The position numbers were made by a program, and so were the translations under genes. This document shows, one piece after another, positions 40,983 through 49,761 of a DNA stretch of 64,000 bases (positions are counted from its first letter, which is position 1; each line of letters starts with the position of its first letter). This DNA is from an uncultured Christensenella sp. (lineage in GTDB: Bacteria > Bacillota > Clostridia > Christensenellales > DTU072), in assembly GCA_905210905.1 (NCBI GenBank), contig CAJLYQ010000001.1, forward strand, positions 4,664 through 68,663. Reading direction: 5' to 3'. The notes beneath the pieces are model-generated. The model did not search any database. It was not told where the DNA came from and worked only from the letters and a program-made list of their open reading frames with translations.

Positions 40983-41065
40983 AGCATATCTCCGTCGTTT
41001 TCTTTGCGGCTGAACCGCCTTGCGAGCAAAAAGAGTATAGTATCCCCCTTTTTATTCGCACACCC

Positions 41066-41094
41066 ATTATACATTACGCGTACGCAAAAGTCAA
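41066..41094 (-). promoter_or_regulatory. Near-consensus sigma-A-type promoter of the giant gene
   Basis: Minus strand reads TTGACT (41094-41089), a 17-nt spacer (tttgcgtacgcgtaatg), then TATAAT (41071-41066). This predicts a 5' UTR of roughly 75-80 nt before the ATG at 40982. Confidence 0.6.
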
Positions 41095-41548
41095 CGCGCT
41101 TCTTGTATATAAATAATATTTAAGACGCAGTTAAGGTTTCTTTTTCCCTGCTTTTTCCCTTTCCCTCGTAGTTTTTCTTTCTCCGCTCCCGATTTGTCGT
41201 TTCCGCCGCTTCGCTTTCCCCGCTTTTTCCGCTCTTTCATCGCTCTCGTTTTGTTCCGCACCCTTGCCTTTTTGCCGCGCGGAAACCGCTTTCTGCCGCT
41301 CGAAAAAAAATTTCCGATTTTTTTCTTTCGGTCGCGCCGAGATCGGTTTTTGCTTTTTAAGCGTGGTTTAAGGTTTCTTTAACTCACGTTAGGGTATCCT
41401 TAAAACGCTTATAAACTCTTGAGCGCGTTTCGGGCGCGCAAATAGGAAAACGGAAAGGAAAAATCGTAGATTATTAAGAAACGAGATTTAAGTAAATAAA
41501 CGAAAGTGCCGTGTTTTACAAACCGAACGGCAAGGGAGAAAAGAGAAA

Positions 41549-42109
41549 ATGAAAAAGATAATAGCCGTAGTGGGCGACGCTGCGACGGAAGAAGGCGGAC
41601 TTAAAGAAAAGTTGGCGTTCGAAACGGGCAGGCTGCTCGTGGAAAACGGTTATCGCGTGCAAAGCGGCGGACTTAAAGGCGTGATGAACGCGGCGTTCAA
41701 GGGCGCGCGTTCGGCAAAAAACTACGTCGACGGCGACACCGTGGCGATAGTTCCGTCGTTCGACAGAACCGCCGCAAGCGAACACGCCGATGTGGTAGTC
41801 GCCACCGGATTGGATATTTACCGCAACGTAATCGTAGCGAACGCGGACGCGGTAATCGCCATAGGCGGCGGCGCGGGAACGCTGAGCGAAATGGCTTCGG
41901 CGTGGGCGTTGAAACGGCTTATCGTGGCGTACACCGACGTGGACGGTTGGTCGGCGAAACTCGCCGGGACGAAAATCGACGGACGGAAAAGATACCCGTC
42001 CATACCCGACGACAGAGTTTACGCGGTTTCTTCCGCCGAAGAGGCGGTCGCTTTGATAAACGAAAAACTGCCGCTTTACACCACGGCATATCAGGGAATA
42101 AAAGATTAA
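41549..42109 (+). CDS. LOG-family / COG1611-type Rossmann-fold nucleotide-binding protein (TIGR00725-like)
   Basis: 186 aa, with RBS gggag upstream. Carries the GGGxGTxxE signature (AIGGGAGTLSEMA) and an N-terminal IAVVG Rossmann start, typical of LOG/lysine-decarboxylase-like proteins. Confidence 0.7.
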   Translation: MKKIIAVVGDAATEEGGLKEKLAFETGRLLVENGYRVQSGGLKGVMNAAFKGARSAKNYVDGDTVAIVPSFDRTAASEHADVVVATGLDIYRNVIVANADAVIAIGGGAGTLSEMASAWALKRLIVAYTDVDGWSAKLAGTKIDGRKRYPSIPDDRVYAVSSAEEAVALINEKLPLYTTAYQGIKD

Positions 42110-42125
42110 GGACGGATAAAAAACA

Positions 42126-42920
42126 ATGAAATACACGCACGTTTTTTGGGACTGGAACGGCACTTTGCTCGACGATCTGGATTACTGCATCGACGTGGTA
42201 AACGTTTCTCTCTCTTCCAGGGGAATGAATATTATGACGAAAGAAACGTATCATAAACTTTTCCGTTTCCCCATAAAAGACTATTACCGGGATTTGGGTT
42301 TTGACTTCGAAAAGGACAGTTACGACGATCTTGCGGTCGAGTTTAACTCCAACTACGCTCTTTACGACGACAAACTTTCGCTCAGAAAACACGCTAAGGA
42401 AGTGCTTGCCGTTTTTCGCGGCAAAAAAATTCCGCAGTACATACTCAGCGCGAGCGAAAGGGTCGTGCTTGAAACCGCTCTCGCCCGTTACGGCATAGAC
42501 GGTTATTTCGAAAAAGTTTTATGCACGGACAACGTGCTTGCCGAAGGAAAAATTTCTTACGGTAAAAAATTCGTCGACACTTTGCCCGTCGACAGAAAAA
42601 TTCTTCTTGTCGGCGACACCGAACACGATATCGAAACCGCCGAGGCGATCGGAGCGGACGTCGTTCTCGTTAAAGGCGGACATACTTCGGACGAAAAACT
42701 CTCTACGCTCGGCGTTAAAGTAATCTCCGACCTGCACGAACTGTATCCTATTATTCTCGGAGAAACGGTTTCCCCTGCGAAAATCAAACCGCCGATGACC
42801 GCCGCCGAGGCGGAAAAACGCTCGTTCGACATAAACGAAGCCGAGCCGAAGAATTTCCGCACGAGATACAAAGATTTTTACGACGACTTAAAAAACACCA
42901 ACAAAACGGAAGACTGGTAA
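42126..42920 (+). CDS. HAD-superfamily hydrolase (phosphoglycolate-phosphatase-like) with a C-terminal extension
   Basis: Motif I is FWDWNGTLLDD (D9-W-N11-G-T; the second acidic position is Asn, codons 42150-42158). Motif IV is LLVGDTEHDIETA. About 60 extra C-terminal residues have no recognisable domain. Confidence 0.75.
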   Translation: MKYTHVFWDWNGTLLDDLDYCIDVVNVSLSSRGMNIMTKETYHKLFRFPIKDYYRDLGFDFEKDSYDDLAVEFNSNYALYDDKLSLRKHAKEVLAVFRGKKIPQYILSASERVVLETALARYGIDGYFEKVLCTDNVLAEGKISYGKKFVDTLPVDRKILLVGDTEHDIETAEAIGADVVLVKGGHTSDEKLSTLGVKVISDLHELYPIILGETVSPAKIKPPMTAAEAEKRSFDINEAEPKNFRTRYKDFYDDLKNTNKTEDW

Positions 42921-42922
42921 GA

Positions 42923-44410
42923 ATGCGTTATTTAAGCGGCAGGGCCGCGCCGAGAATTATTTCGCTCGTTTTGCTTGCGGGCTTTTTTCTCATCGTTTCC
43001 GTTTTCCTTATCCGTCCGCAATCCGCGGCATTCGCAGACGAACGCTCCGATTTTTCGGCGGTTCTTCCGACTTCGTTCGATCTCGTTTACGACGGACGCG
43101 AACGCACGATTTCCCCCGTTCTGACGGGTTTTTCCGTAAACGCCGAATTCTCCTGGACAAAAAACGGAAAAACGTTTTCTTCTTCGCCTTTTATCACGGT
43201 TAAAAACGCGTCCGACAGCGGCGAATACGTCCTTACGGTTACGGAAAACGGCAAAACTTACGTCGACGGCACGGTGGTTAAAATCAGTCCTAAGCACATA
43301 AAAGCGAAAATAGGCACGTTCGTATGTTTTTACGGAGAAGAGCCGTCTTTGCCGGAATACGAACTCCTTTCTTCCCCTGCTTACGGCGACGACGAAGACT
43401 CGATAGGTTTCTTTCTCGAACCCGTTAAACCGACGGGCGCAGGTACGTACGAAATACGCGCCTATTGCCGAAACGAGAACTATTACACCAACGCGACAGG
43501 CTCGATAACCGTACTTAAAAAGGCGGTAAAAACGAAGGTTAATTTTCCGCCCGTCTTGCTGATAACGCGCGGAGAAACGCTTAAATTTACCTTTACTTCG
43601 GACGGATTCGTCGGCTCGGACGACGCGGCGGTAACCGTTATGTATCACAAACTGAACGAGCGCGGCGTGCCGGGTATCGGCAACGAAGAAATCACTAGTT
43701 CGGGCAGATACGTGCTTACCGCGTTTTTTAACGAACCGCAAAAAAACTACGAACTTTCTCTCGACGAGTTTTCTCGCGAAATTATGGTTTATCCGAGAGA
43801 AAAAGAAGTTAACGGTATCGAGATTTTTATCGAAAACGGTTTCGTTCCGTCGGTAAATTGCGACGTGGTTTATCTCGATAAAGAGAATTACGCAAAGCAG
43901 TACGAAAGACCTCTCGATCTTCAGCTAGTGTACGACGCTTTCGCCGTGGACTTTCACCGGACAAGCGAGGGTAAAATGGAAGTAAGGGTTCCCGTAATTG
44001 ACGAAAGAAGTTACTATACTGTCGCTTTCGTTTCGTACGACGATACCCTTAAATATATGCCGTGCGAAATAAAAGACGGTTTCGTCACGTTTGAAGTAAG
44101 CACCGCTCACACGGTTTTTATTCTATGGAAAGACAAGGATTACCGACCCTACGCGCTTGCTTGCGTATTGCTTGCTTTGCTCCTGGTTTCGCTCGTTTTC
44201 ATATTTATAAAAACTTACAAAAAATACAAATCTCTTAAATTTTCCGCTTATTCGTTTTTACCGCTTATCGGCGCAGGTTCTATCGCACGTAACTCGGTAT
44301 ACTTCTTCGCTTTTTCGGCGATTGCGCTCGGTTTTGCGTGTCTTGTTTTTGCCGTTGCGACGGTTGTCGTCAACGCTCGGATACGCTTTTTGCGCAAGAA
44401 AGGCAAGTAG
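42923..44410 (+). CDS. Hypothetical membrane-anchored protein with Ig-like/MBG-like repeats
   Basis: 495 aa. N-terminal signal/anchor (IISLVLLAGFFLIVSVFLI...AAFA), beta-rich repeats with YDG/GxY motifs (FDLVYDGRERT, GAGTYEIRAY, SGRYVLTAFF), two or three C-terminal TM segments and a basic tail (RFLRKKGK). Confidence 0.6.
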   Translation: MRYLSGRAAPRIISLVLLAGFFLIVSVFLIRPQSAAFADERSDFSAVLPTSFDLVYDGRERTISPVLTGFSVNAEFSWTKNGKTFSSSPFITVKNASDSGEYVLTVTENGKTYVDGTVVKISPKHIKAKIGTFVCFYGEEPSLPEYELLSSPAYGDDEDSIGFFLEPVKPTGAGTYEIRAYCRNENYYTNATGSITVLKKAVKTKVNFPPVLLITRGETLKFTFTSDGFVGSDDAAVTVMYHKLNERGVPGIGNEEITSSGRYVLTAFFNEPQKNYELSLDEFSREIMVYPREKEVNGIEIFIENGFVPSVNCDVVYLDKENYAKQYERPLDLQLVYDAFAVDFHRTSEGKMEVRVPVIDERSYYTVAFVSYDDTLKYMPCEIKDGFVTFEVSTAHTVFILWKDKDYRPYALACVLLALLLVSLVFIFIKTYKKYKSLKFSAYSFLPLIGAGSIARNSVYFFAFSAIALGFACLVFAVATVVVNARIRFLRKKGK

Positions 44411-44519
44411 GGAAAGTTTTGTTTTTTCTTTTATTAAAAAGTAATTGCAAAAATCGGTTAAAAGTGTTACCATTTATAAATAAAAAAAGGAATTCCTTAT
44501 ATAGATTTTCGGAGGTCTT

Positions 44520-45737
44520 ATGAATATTTTTGAAAAAGGCTATTGCAGAGTTTATCAGGCAGGAATGAGAGTAGGAATGAAAATTCTTAACTTCCGCGAA
44601 CCGGTCATAATCAACGGTCTCGACAAACTCCCCGACGCCGTGGTTAAAGAAGGTCTCGGTTCGGTTCTCATCGTTACCGACGACGTTTTGCACAACAAAC
44701 TTCACTTAATCGACGGACTTAAACAAGGTTTGGAAGAGAAAGGCGTAAAATACTGCGTTTTCGATAAAACCGTACCCAACCCGACCATTCCCAACATCGA
44801 AGAAGCGTACGCTATGTACAAAGAAAACGCTTGCGAAGGCATCATCGCTTTCGGCGGCGGTTCTCCGATGGACTGCGCGAAAGGCGTAGGCTGCAGAGTC
44901 GCTCGTCCCAACAAGACGATTCCGCAAATGAAAGGCACGCTTAAAGTACGCAAAAAACTCCCCACGATTTTCGCTATCCCCACGACTAGCGGAACGGGCA
45001 GCGAAGCGACGGTTGCGGCGGTTGTTTCCAACCCCGAAACCCACGAAAAATATCCTATCAACGACCCCGTGCTTATTCCTAAATACGCCGTGCTCGACCC
45101 GACGCTTACGCTCGGATTGCCCAAGCACATTACGTCTACCACGGGTATGGACGCTCTTACCCACGCGGTTGAAGCCTACATCGGCAAAAGCACGACCGAC
45201 CAGACCCGCGCTTGGTGCGTAAAAGCGACCAAACTTATTTTCGAAAACCTTAAAGACGTTTACGACGACGGCACGAACCTTAAAAAACGTAAAAATATGC
45301 AATGGGCGTCGTTCTATGCGGGCGAAGCGTTCACCCGTTCTTACGTAGGTTACGTTCACTCCATCGCGCACACGCTCGGCGGAATGTACGGAGTACCGCA
45401 CGGTCTTGCCAACGCGGTTATTCTTCCCCACGTTCTCGACTACTTCGGTTCCAGCATTTACCGCCCCCTTGCCGAACTTGCCAACGCGGTAGGCATTAAG
45501 GGCGCAAACGACGAAGTGAAAGCGAAAGCGTTTATCCGCGCGATAAAAGAAATGAACGAATATATGCAGATCCCGACCCAAATCAAGGGTATCAAGGAAG
45601 AAGACATTCCGACGATGGTAGCGCGTTCTCTCAAAGAAGCAAATCCGCTCTACCCCGTACCGAAGTTTATGGGCAAGGAAGAAATGACCGCTATGTACCA
45701 CGAAATTATGGCTCCGGCGGAAGAAGAAACGAAATAA
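44520..45737 (+). CDS. Iron-containing (class III) alcohol dehydrogenase
   Basis: 405 aa, RBS ggagg. Carries GGGSPMDCAKG and the metal-binding His cluster HSIAHTLGGMYGVPHGLANA, both typical of the Fe-ADH family. Confidence 0.9.
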   Translation: MNIFEKGYCRVYQAGMRVGMKILNFREPVIINGLDKLPDAVVKEGLGSVLIVTDDVLHNKLHLIDGLKQGLEEKGVKYCVFDKTVPNPTIPNIEEAYAMYKENACEGIIAFGGGSPMDCAKGVGCRVARPNKTIPQMKGTLKVRKKLPTIFAIPTTSGTGSEATVAAVVSNPETHEKYPINDPVLIPKYAVLDPTLTLGLPKHITSTTGMDALTHAVEAYIGKSTTDQTRAWCVKATKLIFENLKDVYDDGTNLKKRKNMQWASFYAGEAFTRSYVGYVHSIAHTLGGMYGVPHGLANAVILPHVLDYFGSSIYRPLAELANAVGIKGANDEVKAKAFIRAIKEMNEYMQIPTQIKGIKEEDIPTMVARSLKEANPLYPVPKFMGKEEMTAMYHEIMAPAEEETK

Positions 45738-45763
45738 GTTTTTATAAAACGAACAAAAAAATT

Positions 45764-45795
45764 AAAACGGTTCTTACGGACCGTTTTATTTTTTT
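45764..45795 (+). terminator. Rho-independent terminator downstream of the Fe-ADH gene
   Basis: The sequence aaaacggttcttacggaccgttttattttttt has a 7-bp stem (acggttc/ggaccgt, including one G-U pair), a ttac loop and a T-run. Confidence 0.8.
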
Positions 45796-45873
45796 CCCGC
45801 CCTTTTTCTTTTGTGCGGTTTTTATACCGTAATAACAATTGATATTTTCCTCGATTGAGTGTAAAATAGTCGT

Positions 45874-47145
45874 ATGGAATTAGTCGTGGAAAAATACGCC
45901 GGGAAAATAGGCGTTGCGGTAAGCGGCGGCATCGACAGTATGTGCCTTTTACACGCGTTCTGTCTGGCAGGGCAGGACGTGCTTGCGATAAACGTAGAAC
46001 ACGGCATACGCGGCGAAACTTCCCTTCGCGACACCGACTTCGTTCGGGCTTACTGCAAACTCAACAACGTTCCTTTCGTGACGCGCTCGGTAGACGCGCT
46101 TAACTCCTGCCTTAGCGGCGAAAGCGTGGAAACCTGCGCTCGCAGACTGCGTTACGCATTTTTCGACGAACTTCTTTCTTCCGGCACCGTAACAAAAATC
46201 GCGCTTGCGCACCACGCCGACGACAACGCGGAAACCGTTCTTATGCGTATCTTCCGCGGAACGGGCATACACGGCTTGGGCGGTATTACCGACCGCGACG
46301 ACTTTATTCGCCCGTTTATCCGTTACACCCGTAAACAAATCGAAAAATACGCTTCTGTTCATTCCGTTCCTTTCGTCACCGACGAAACCAACCTTTCTTC
46401 CGACTACACGCGCAACTATATAAGAAACGAACTTATGCCGGTAATAAACGCCCGTTTTCCCGACGCGGAAGCGGCGATCGCAAGGCTTTCCGAATGCGCT
46501 CTCGAAACCGACGAGTACTTGTCTTCCCTTTGTCCCAAAGCGGAAAAACTCCCGTACGGCGCACGCTTAAAGTCCTTTTTCGGATTACCGAAAATCATAC
46601 AAAAGTATTCCGTAATGCTTGCTGTTAAACAACTCGGCTTTCTTCAGGATTTTGAGGCAAGACACGTGGAAGCGGTATGCTCGTTGTCGGAAAAACCCAA
46701 CAACACTTCGATCGATTTACCGTTTAACCTCGTTTGCGTCAGGTACGGCGACGGAATAATTATCACGGAACGCACCCCGGAGGCGTTTCCGCCCGCAGCC
46801 TTCGGCGAGGACGGTGTTTACGCGTTTGGCGGCAGCCGTTATTTCGTCCGCAAGGGAAGCGGCATTATCAAGGGCGCGTCGCTTGACGGCGACAGGCTGC
46901 CGGACAAGTGCGTCGTACGCACGAGAAGAGACGGCGACGTCTTCAAACGCGTAAACGGGAAAAGAAAACTTCTCGGCGATTATCTTAACGACCTTAAACT
47001 GTCCAAACCCGAAAAAGACTCGCTTTTGGTACTGGCAAAAGACAGCGAAATATATGCGGTCCTCGGAGTGGAAACCGCGGATTCGGTAAAAATTACGGAC
47101 GATACCGTTAATATACTTCACATTATCAGGGAGCAAATCAAATGA
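45874..47145 (+). CDS. tilS: tRNA(Ile)-lysidine synthetase
   Basis: 423 aa. PP-loop VAVSGGIDSMCLLH, then ALAHHADDNAETVLMRIFRGTG. Overlaps hpt by 4 nt, the classic tilS-hpt arrangement. Confidence 0.9.
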   Translation: MELVVEKYAGKIGVAVSGGIDSMCLLHAFCLAGQDVLAINVEHGIRGETSLRDTDFVRAYCKLNNVPFVTRSVDALNSCLSGESVETCARRLRYAFFDELLSSGTVTKIALAHHADDNAETVLMRIFRGTGIHGLGGITDRDDFIRPFIRYTRKQIEKYASVHSVPFVTDETNLSSDYTRNYIRNELMPVINARFPDAEAAIARLSECALETDEYLSSLCPKAEKLPYGARLKSFFGLPKIIQKYSVMLAVKQLGFLQDFEARHVEAVCSLSEKPNNTSIDLPFNLVCVRYGDGIIITERTPEAFPPAAFGEDGVYAFGGSRYFVRKGSGIIKGASLDGDRLPDKCVVRTRRDGDVFKRVNGKRKLLGDYLNDLKLSKPEKDSLLVLAKDSEIYAVLGVETADSVKITDDTVNILHIIREQIK

Positions 47146-47678
47146 AAAACGACATTGCAAAAGTACTGTTTACCAGAGAAGAAATCGAAAAAAGAGTGTG
47201 CGAACTTGCCGCGGAAATCAACCGCGACTATGCCGGCGAAGAAATCATTTTTATCGGAATTCTCCGCGGAAGTTGCTACTTTCTTTGCGACTTAACCCGT
47301 CACGTCGAAGAATCGGCTTATATCGAGTTTATGTCCGTTTCCAGTTACAAAGGCACGAAATCCAGCGGAGAAGTAAGAATAAACACCGACATCTCGATGC
47401 CGATCGAAGGTAAAAACGTAATAATCGTCGAAGACATCATCGACACTGGTTCTACCCTCGCTTACCTTAAACGAATTATGCTCGAACGCCGCCCCAAATC
47501 TTTCAAAATCTGCACTCTTCTAGACAAACCGTCGAGAAGAAAGGTTGAAATAGAAGGCGACTACGTCGGTTTTACCGTCCCAGACGAATTCGTAGTCGGT
47601 TACGGTCTCGATTACAACCAAAAATATCGTAACTATCCCCATATAGGAGTGCTTAAACCCGAAATATATGAAGATTAA
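47142..47678 (+). CDS. hpt: Hypoxanthine(-guanine) phosphoribosyltransferase
   Basis: 178 aa. PRPP-binding motif VIIVEDIIDTGSTL, plus the conserved FVVGYGLDY near the C-terminus. Confidence 0.92.
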   Translation: MKNDIAKVLFTREEIEKRVCELAAEINRDYAGEEIIFIGILRGSCYFLCDLTRHVEESAYIEFMSVSSYKGTKSSGEVRINTDISMPIEGKNVIIVEDIIDTGSTLAYLKRIMLERRPKSFKICTLLDKPSRRKVEIEGDYVGFTVPDEFVVGYGLDYNQKYRNYPHIGVLKPEIYED

Positions 47679-49032
47679 ATTCGACGCCGACTTAAAAGAA
47701 CTTGCGGAACTTTTCCCCGTCCCCCTTTATGCGGTCGGCGGTTACGTCCGCGACTCTTTACTCGGTTATTCTCCGTGCGACGTGGATATTACGAGCGAAC
47801 TTCCCCCCGAAGAAGTGAAAAAAATTCTTTCTTCTTCCCCTTACGAAGTCAAAGACGGAAGTAAAAAACTTCTTACGCTCATAATAAAACGCAACGGAGC
47901 AAGTTACGAATACACGGCGTTCCGCTTCGACAGTTACGCCGGCGGTCACCGCCCTGCCGTAGTTACGCACTGCACCGATATTGCGGTGGACGCGTCGCGC
48001 AGGGACTTTACGGTAAACGCAATTTATTACGACATCAAACGCGACGAGATCGTCGATCCGTTAAACGGACTAAACGACTTAAAAAACAAGACGTTACGTT
48101 CTACGCGCTCGCCGCAGGAAGTTTTTTCCGAAGACGGACTTCGCCTTATGCGGCTCGCGCGCTTTGCCGCGAGTCTAGGGTTTACTCCCCTTTGTTCGGT
48201 CATTTCGGCGGCAAAGGAAAATCGGTTTTTAATAGACGATATCAGCAAAGAGCGCATACGCGACGAACTGGACAAAATCCTTATTGCGGATACCTTTTAC
48301 GGCGTTAAGGACGCCCAATATTACGGATTAGAACTGCTTAACGATATAGGCGTGCTTGAAAGAATTTTGCCCGACCTATGCCGCGGAATAGGTATGAACC
48401 AACGTTCGGACTTCCACAAATACGACGTGTTCGAACACATTCTCCACACGGTAAAAGAAGCAGACAAGGAAGTAAGGCTCGCCGCTTTGATGCACGACGT
48501 AGCCAAGCCGTATATGATGATCAACACCGGGTTTTACCGCGGTCACGACAAGGAAGGCGGCGTAATGACCCGTCGGATACTGACCGAACTCAGATACCCT
48601 GCCGCCGTAGTCGAAGAAACGGCTCGACTCGTGGAAAACCATATGTTTAACCTTAGAAACGACGTCCGAGAAAGCACTATGCGAAAATTCCTTTTGCACA
48701 ACTCGGACATAGCGGAAAAACTCGTTAAACTTAAATACGCGGACTACAAAGGCAGCGGACTTGCCGATTACGACACTCTGCAAAGCGCGGACGCAATTAC
48801 CGCCGAACTGAAAAAAATGAAAGAAGAAGGCGTTCCTTTTACGGTAAGCGAACTGCTCGTGAACGGAAACGACCTTAAACAGATACCGTCGATACCCGAA
48901 AACAAGCGCGGCGAAGCGTTAAACGCGTTGCTAGAAGAACGGGTTTTGCCGTCTTCACCGCTCACAACGAAAGAAAAACAACTGGATTTCATAAAAAATT
49001 ACGCACGGAGGCAAAAATGGATTACGGAATAA
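47668..49032 (+). CDS. cca: CCA-adding tRNA nucleotidyltransferase (PolyA-polymerase head domain plus HD domain)
   Basis: 454 aa. Carries GGYVRDSLLG...DVDIT, RRDFTVNAIYYD, and an HD-domain segment (ALMHDVAKP). Confidence 0.85.
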   Translation: MKIKFDADLKELAELFPVPLYAVGGYVRDSLLGYSPCDVDITSELPPEEVKKILSSSPYEVKDGSKKLLTLIIKRNGASYEYTAFRFDSYAGGHRPAVVTHCTDIAVDASRRDFTVNAIYYDIKRDEIVDPLNGLNDLKNKTLRSTRSPQEVFSEDGLRLMRLARFAASLGFTPLCSVISAAKENRFLIDDISKERIRDELDKILIADTFYGVKDAQYYGLELLNDIGVLERILPDLCRGIGMNQRSDFHKYDVFEHILHTVKEADKEVRLAALMHDVAKPYMMINTGFYRGHDKEGGVMTRRILTELRYPAAVVEETARLVENHMFNLRNDVRESTMRKFLLHNSDIAEKLVKLKYADYKGSGLADYDTLQSADAITAELKKMKEEGVPFTVSELLVNGNDLKQIPSIPENKRGEALNALLEERVLPSSPLTTKEKQLDFIKNYARRQKWITE

Positions 49033-49625
49033 CCGATTACAAATCGGAATTTATCAATATTTACAAAGAAAATATCTCTCGCGACGGCGCGGACAAACTG
49101 CTCGACTGGCTGACGAACAAATCCGACTTTTTCACCGCCCCGGCGTCCACGCGTTTTCATTCGGCGTTCGAAGGCGGTCTGTGCGAACACTCGGTAAAAA
49201 CGTATTACCGCTTTATCCAACACCTTAACGTCGAATACGACGGAGAATGGGAAGAAAAAATCAGCCCGGAAAGCGCGGCGATCATCGCCCTTTTGCACGA
49301 CCTGTGCAAAGTAAACTACTACAAAACCGATTACCGCAACGTTAAAAACGAAAACGGCGAATGGGAAAAACGCCCGTATTTTACCGTAGACGACACGCTC
49401 CCCTACGGACACGGCGAAAAATCGGTTTATATGATAAGCGGTTTTATGCGCCTTACGAGAGAAGAAGCAATCGCCATAAACTGGCATATGGGCGGCTTTG
49501 ACAAACGGGTAATCGGCGGCGACTACGCAATGAGCGACGCATTCTACAAATACCCCCACGCTCTGCTTTTCCACCTCTCCGACACCGAAGCGTCCTACCT
49601 CGACGAAACCTTACCGCAAAAATAA
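49017..49625 (+). CDS. HD-superfamily phosphohydrolase-like protein
   Basis: 202 aa. STRFHSAFEGGLCEHS...ALLHDLCK matches the H...HD signature. Its start overlaps the end of cca by 16 nt. Confidence 0.6.
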   Translation: MDYGITDYKSEFINIYKENISRDGADKLLDWLTNKSDFFTAPASTRFHSAFEGGLCEHSVKTYYRFIQHLNVEYDGEWEEKISPESAAIIALLHDLCKVNYYKTDYRNVKNENGEWEKRPYFTVDDTLPYGHGEKSVYMISGFMRLTREEAIAINWHMGGFDKRVIGGDYAMSDAFYKYPHALLFHLSDTEASYLDETLPQK

Positions 49626-49700
49626 TACGGGTATTTATTCCGTTGTCGAACGATAATAGTTTGACGCATTTTACCTTTACTTGATATTTTTTCGGCAATT

Positions 49701-49736
49701 AAAAAACCGCGATTATATATAAAAACGCGGTTTTTT
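49701..49736. terminator. Bidirectional rho-independent terminator between convergent genes
   Basis: aaaaaaccgcg (49701-49711) pairs with cgcggtttttt (49726-49736) around an AT-rich loop. An A-run precedes and a T-run follows, so it can serve both the + strand HD gene and the - strand ABC ATPase gene. Confidence 0.7.
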
Positions 49737-49761
49737 AATTGGAAGAATATTTCGTGTTTTT

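Noticed and set aside
3378-40982. The giant ORF as an NRPS/PKS megasynthase, an RTX/type I secretion adhesin or a sortase-anchored MSCRAMM.
   Set aside because: No A/C/T/KS/AT core motifs, no GGxGxD nonapeptide repeats, no adjacent type I secretion genes, and no C-terminal LPXTG with a hydrophobic tail. Instead it has an N-terminal lipobox signal.
41194-41382. 62-aa + strand ORF in the giant-gene upstream region, and the 215-aa minus-strand ORF at 41516-42163.
   Set aside because: The first is a Phe/Arg/Leu/Pro-rich translation of a polypyrimidine tract with no RBS. The second is antisense to the well-supported LOG-like gene and has no motifs.
42150-42158. The DxN (instead of DxD) variant of HAD motif I (FWDWNGTL) as evidence for an inactive pseudo-enzyme.
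   Set aside because: I cannot establish from the sequence alone that this variant is unusual for its subfamily, and the remaining motifs look intact. It is noted in the feature entry only.
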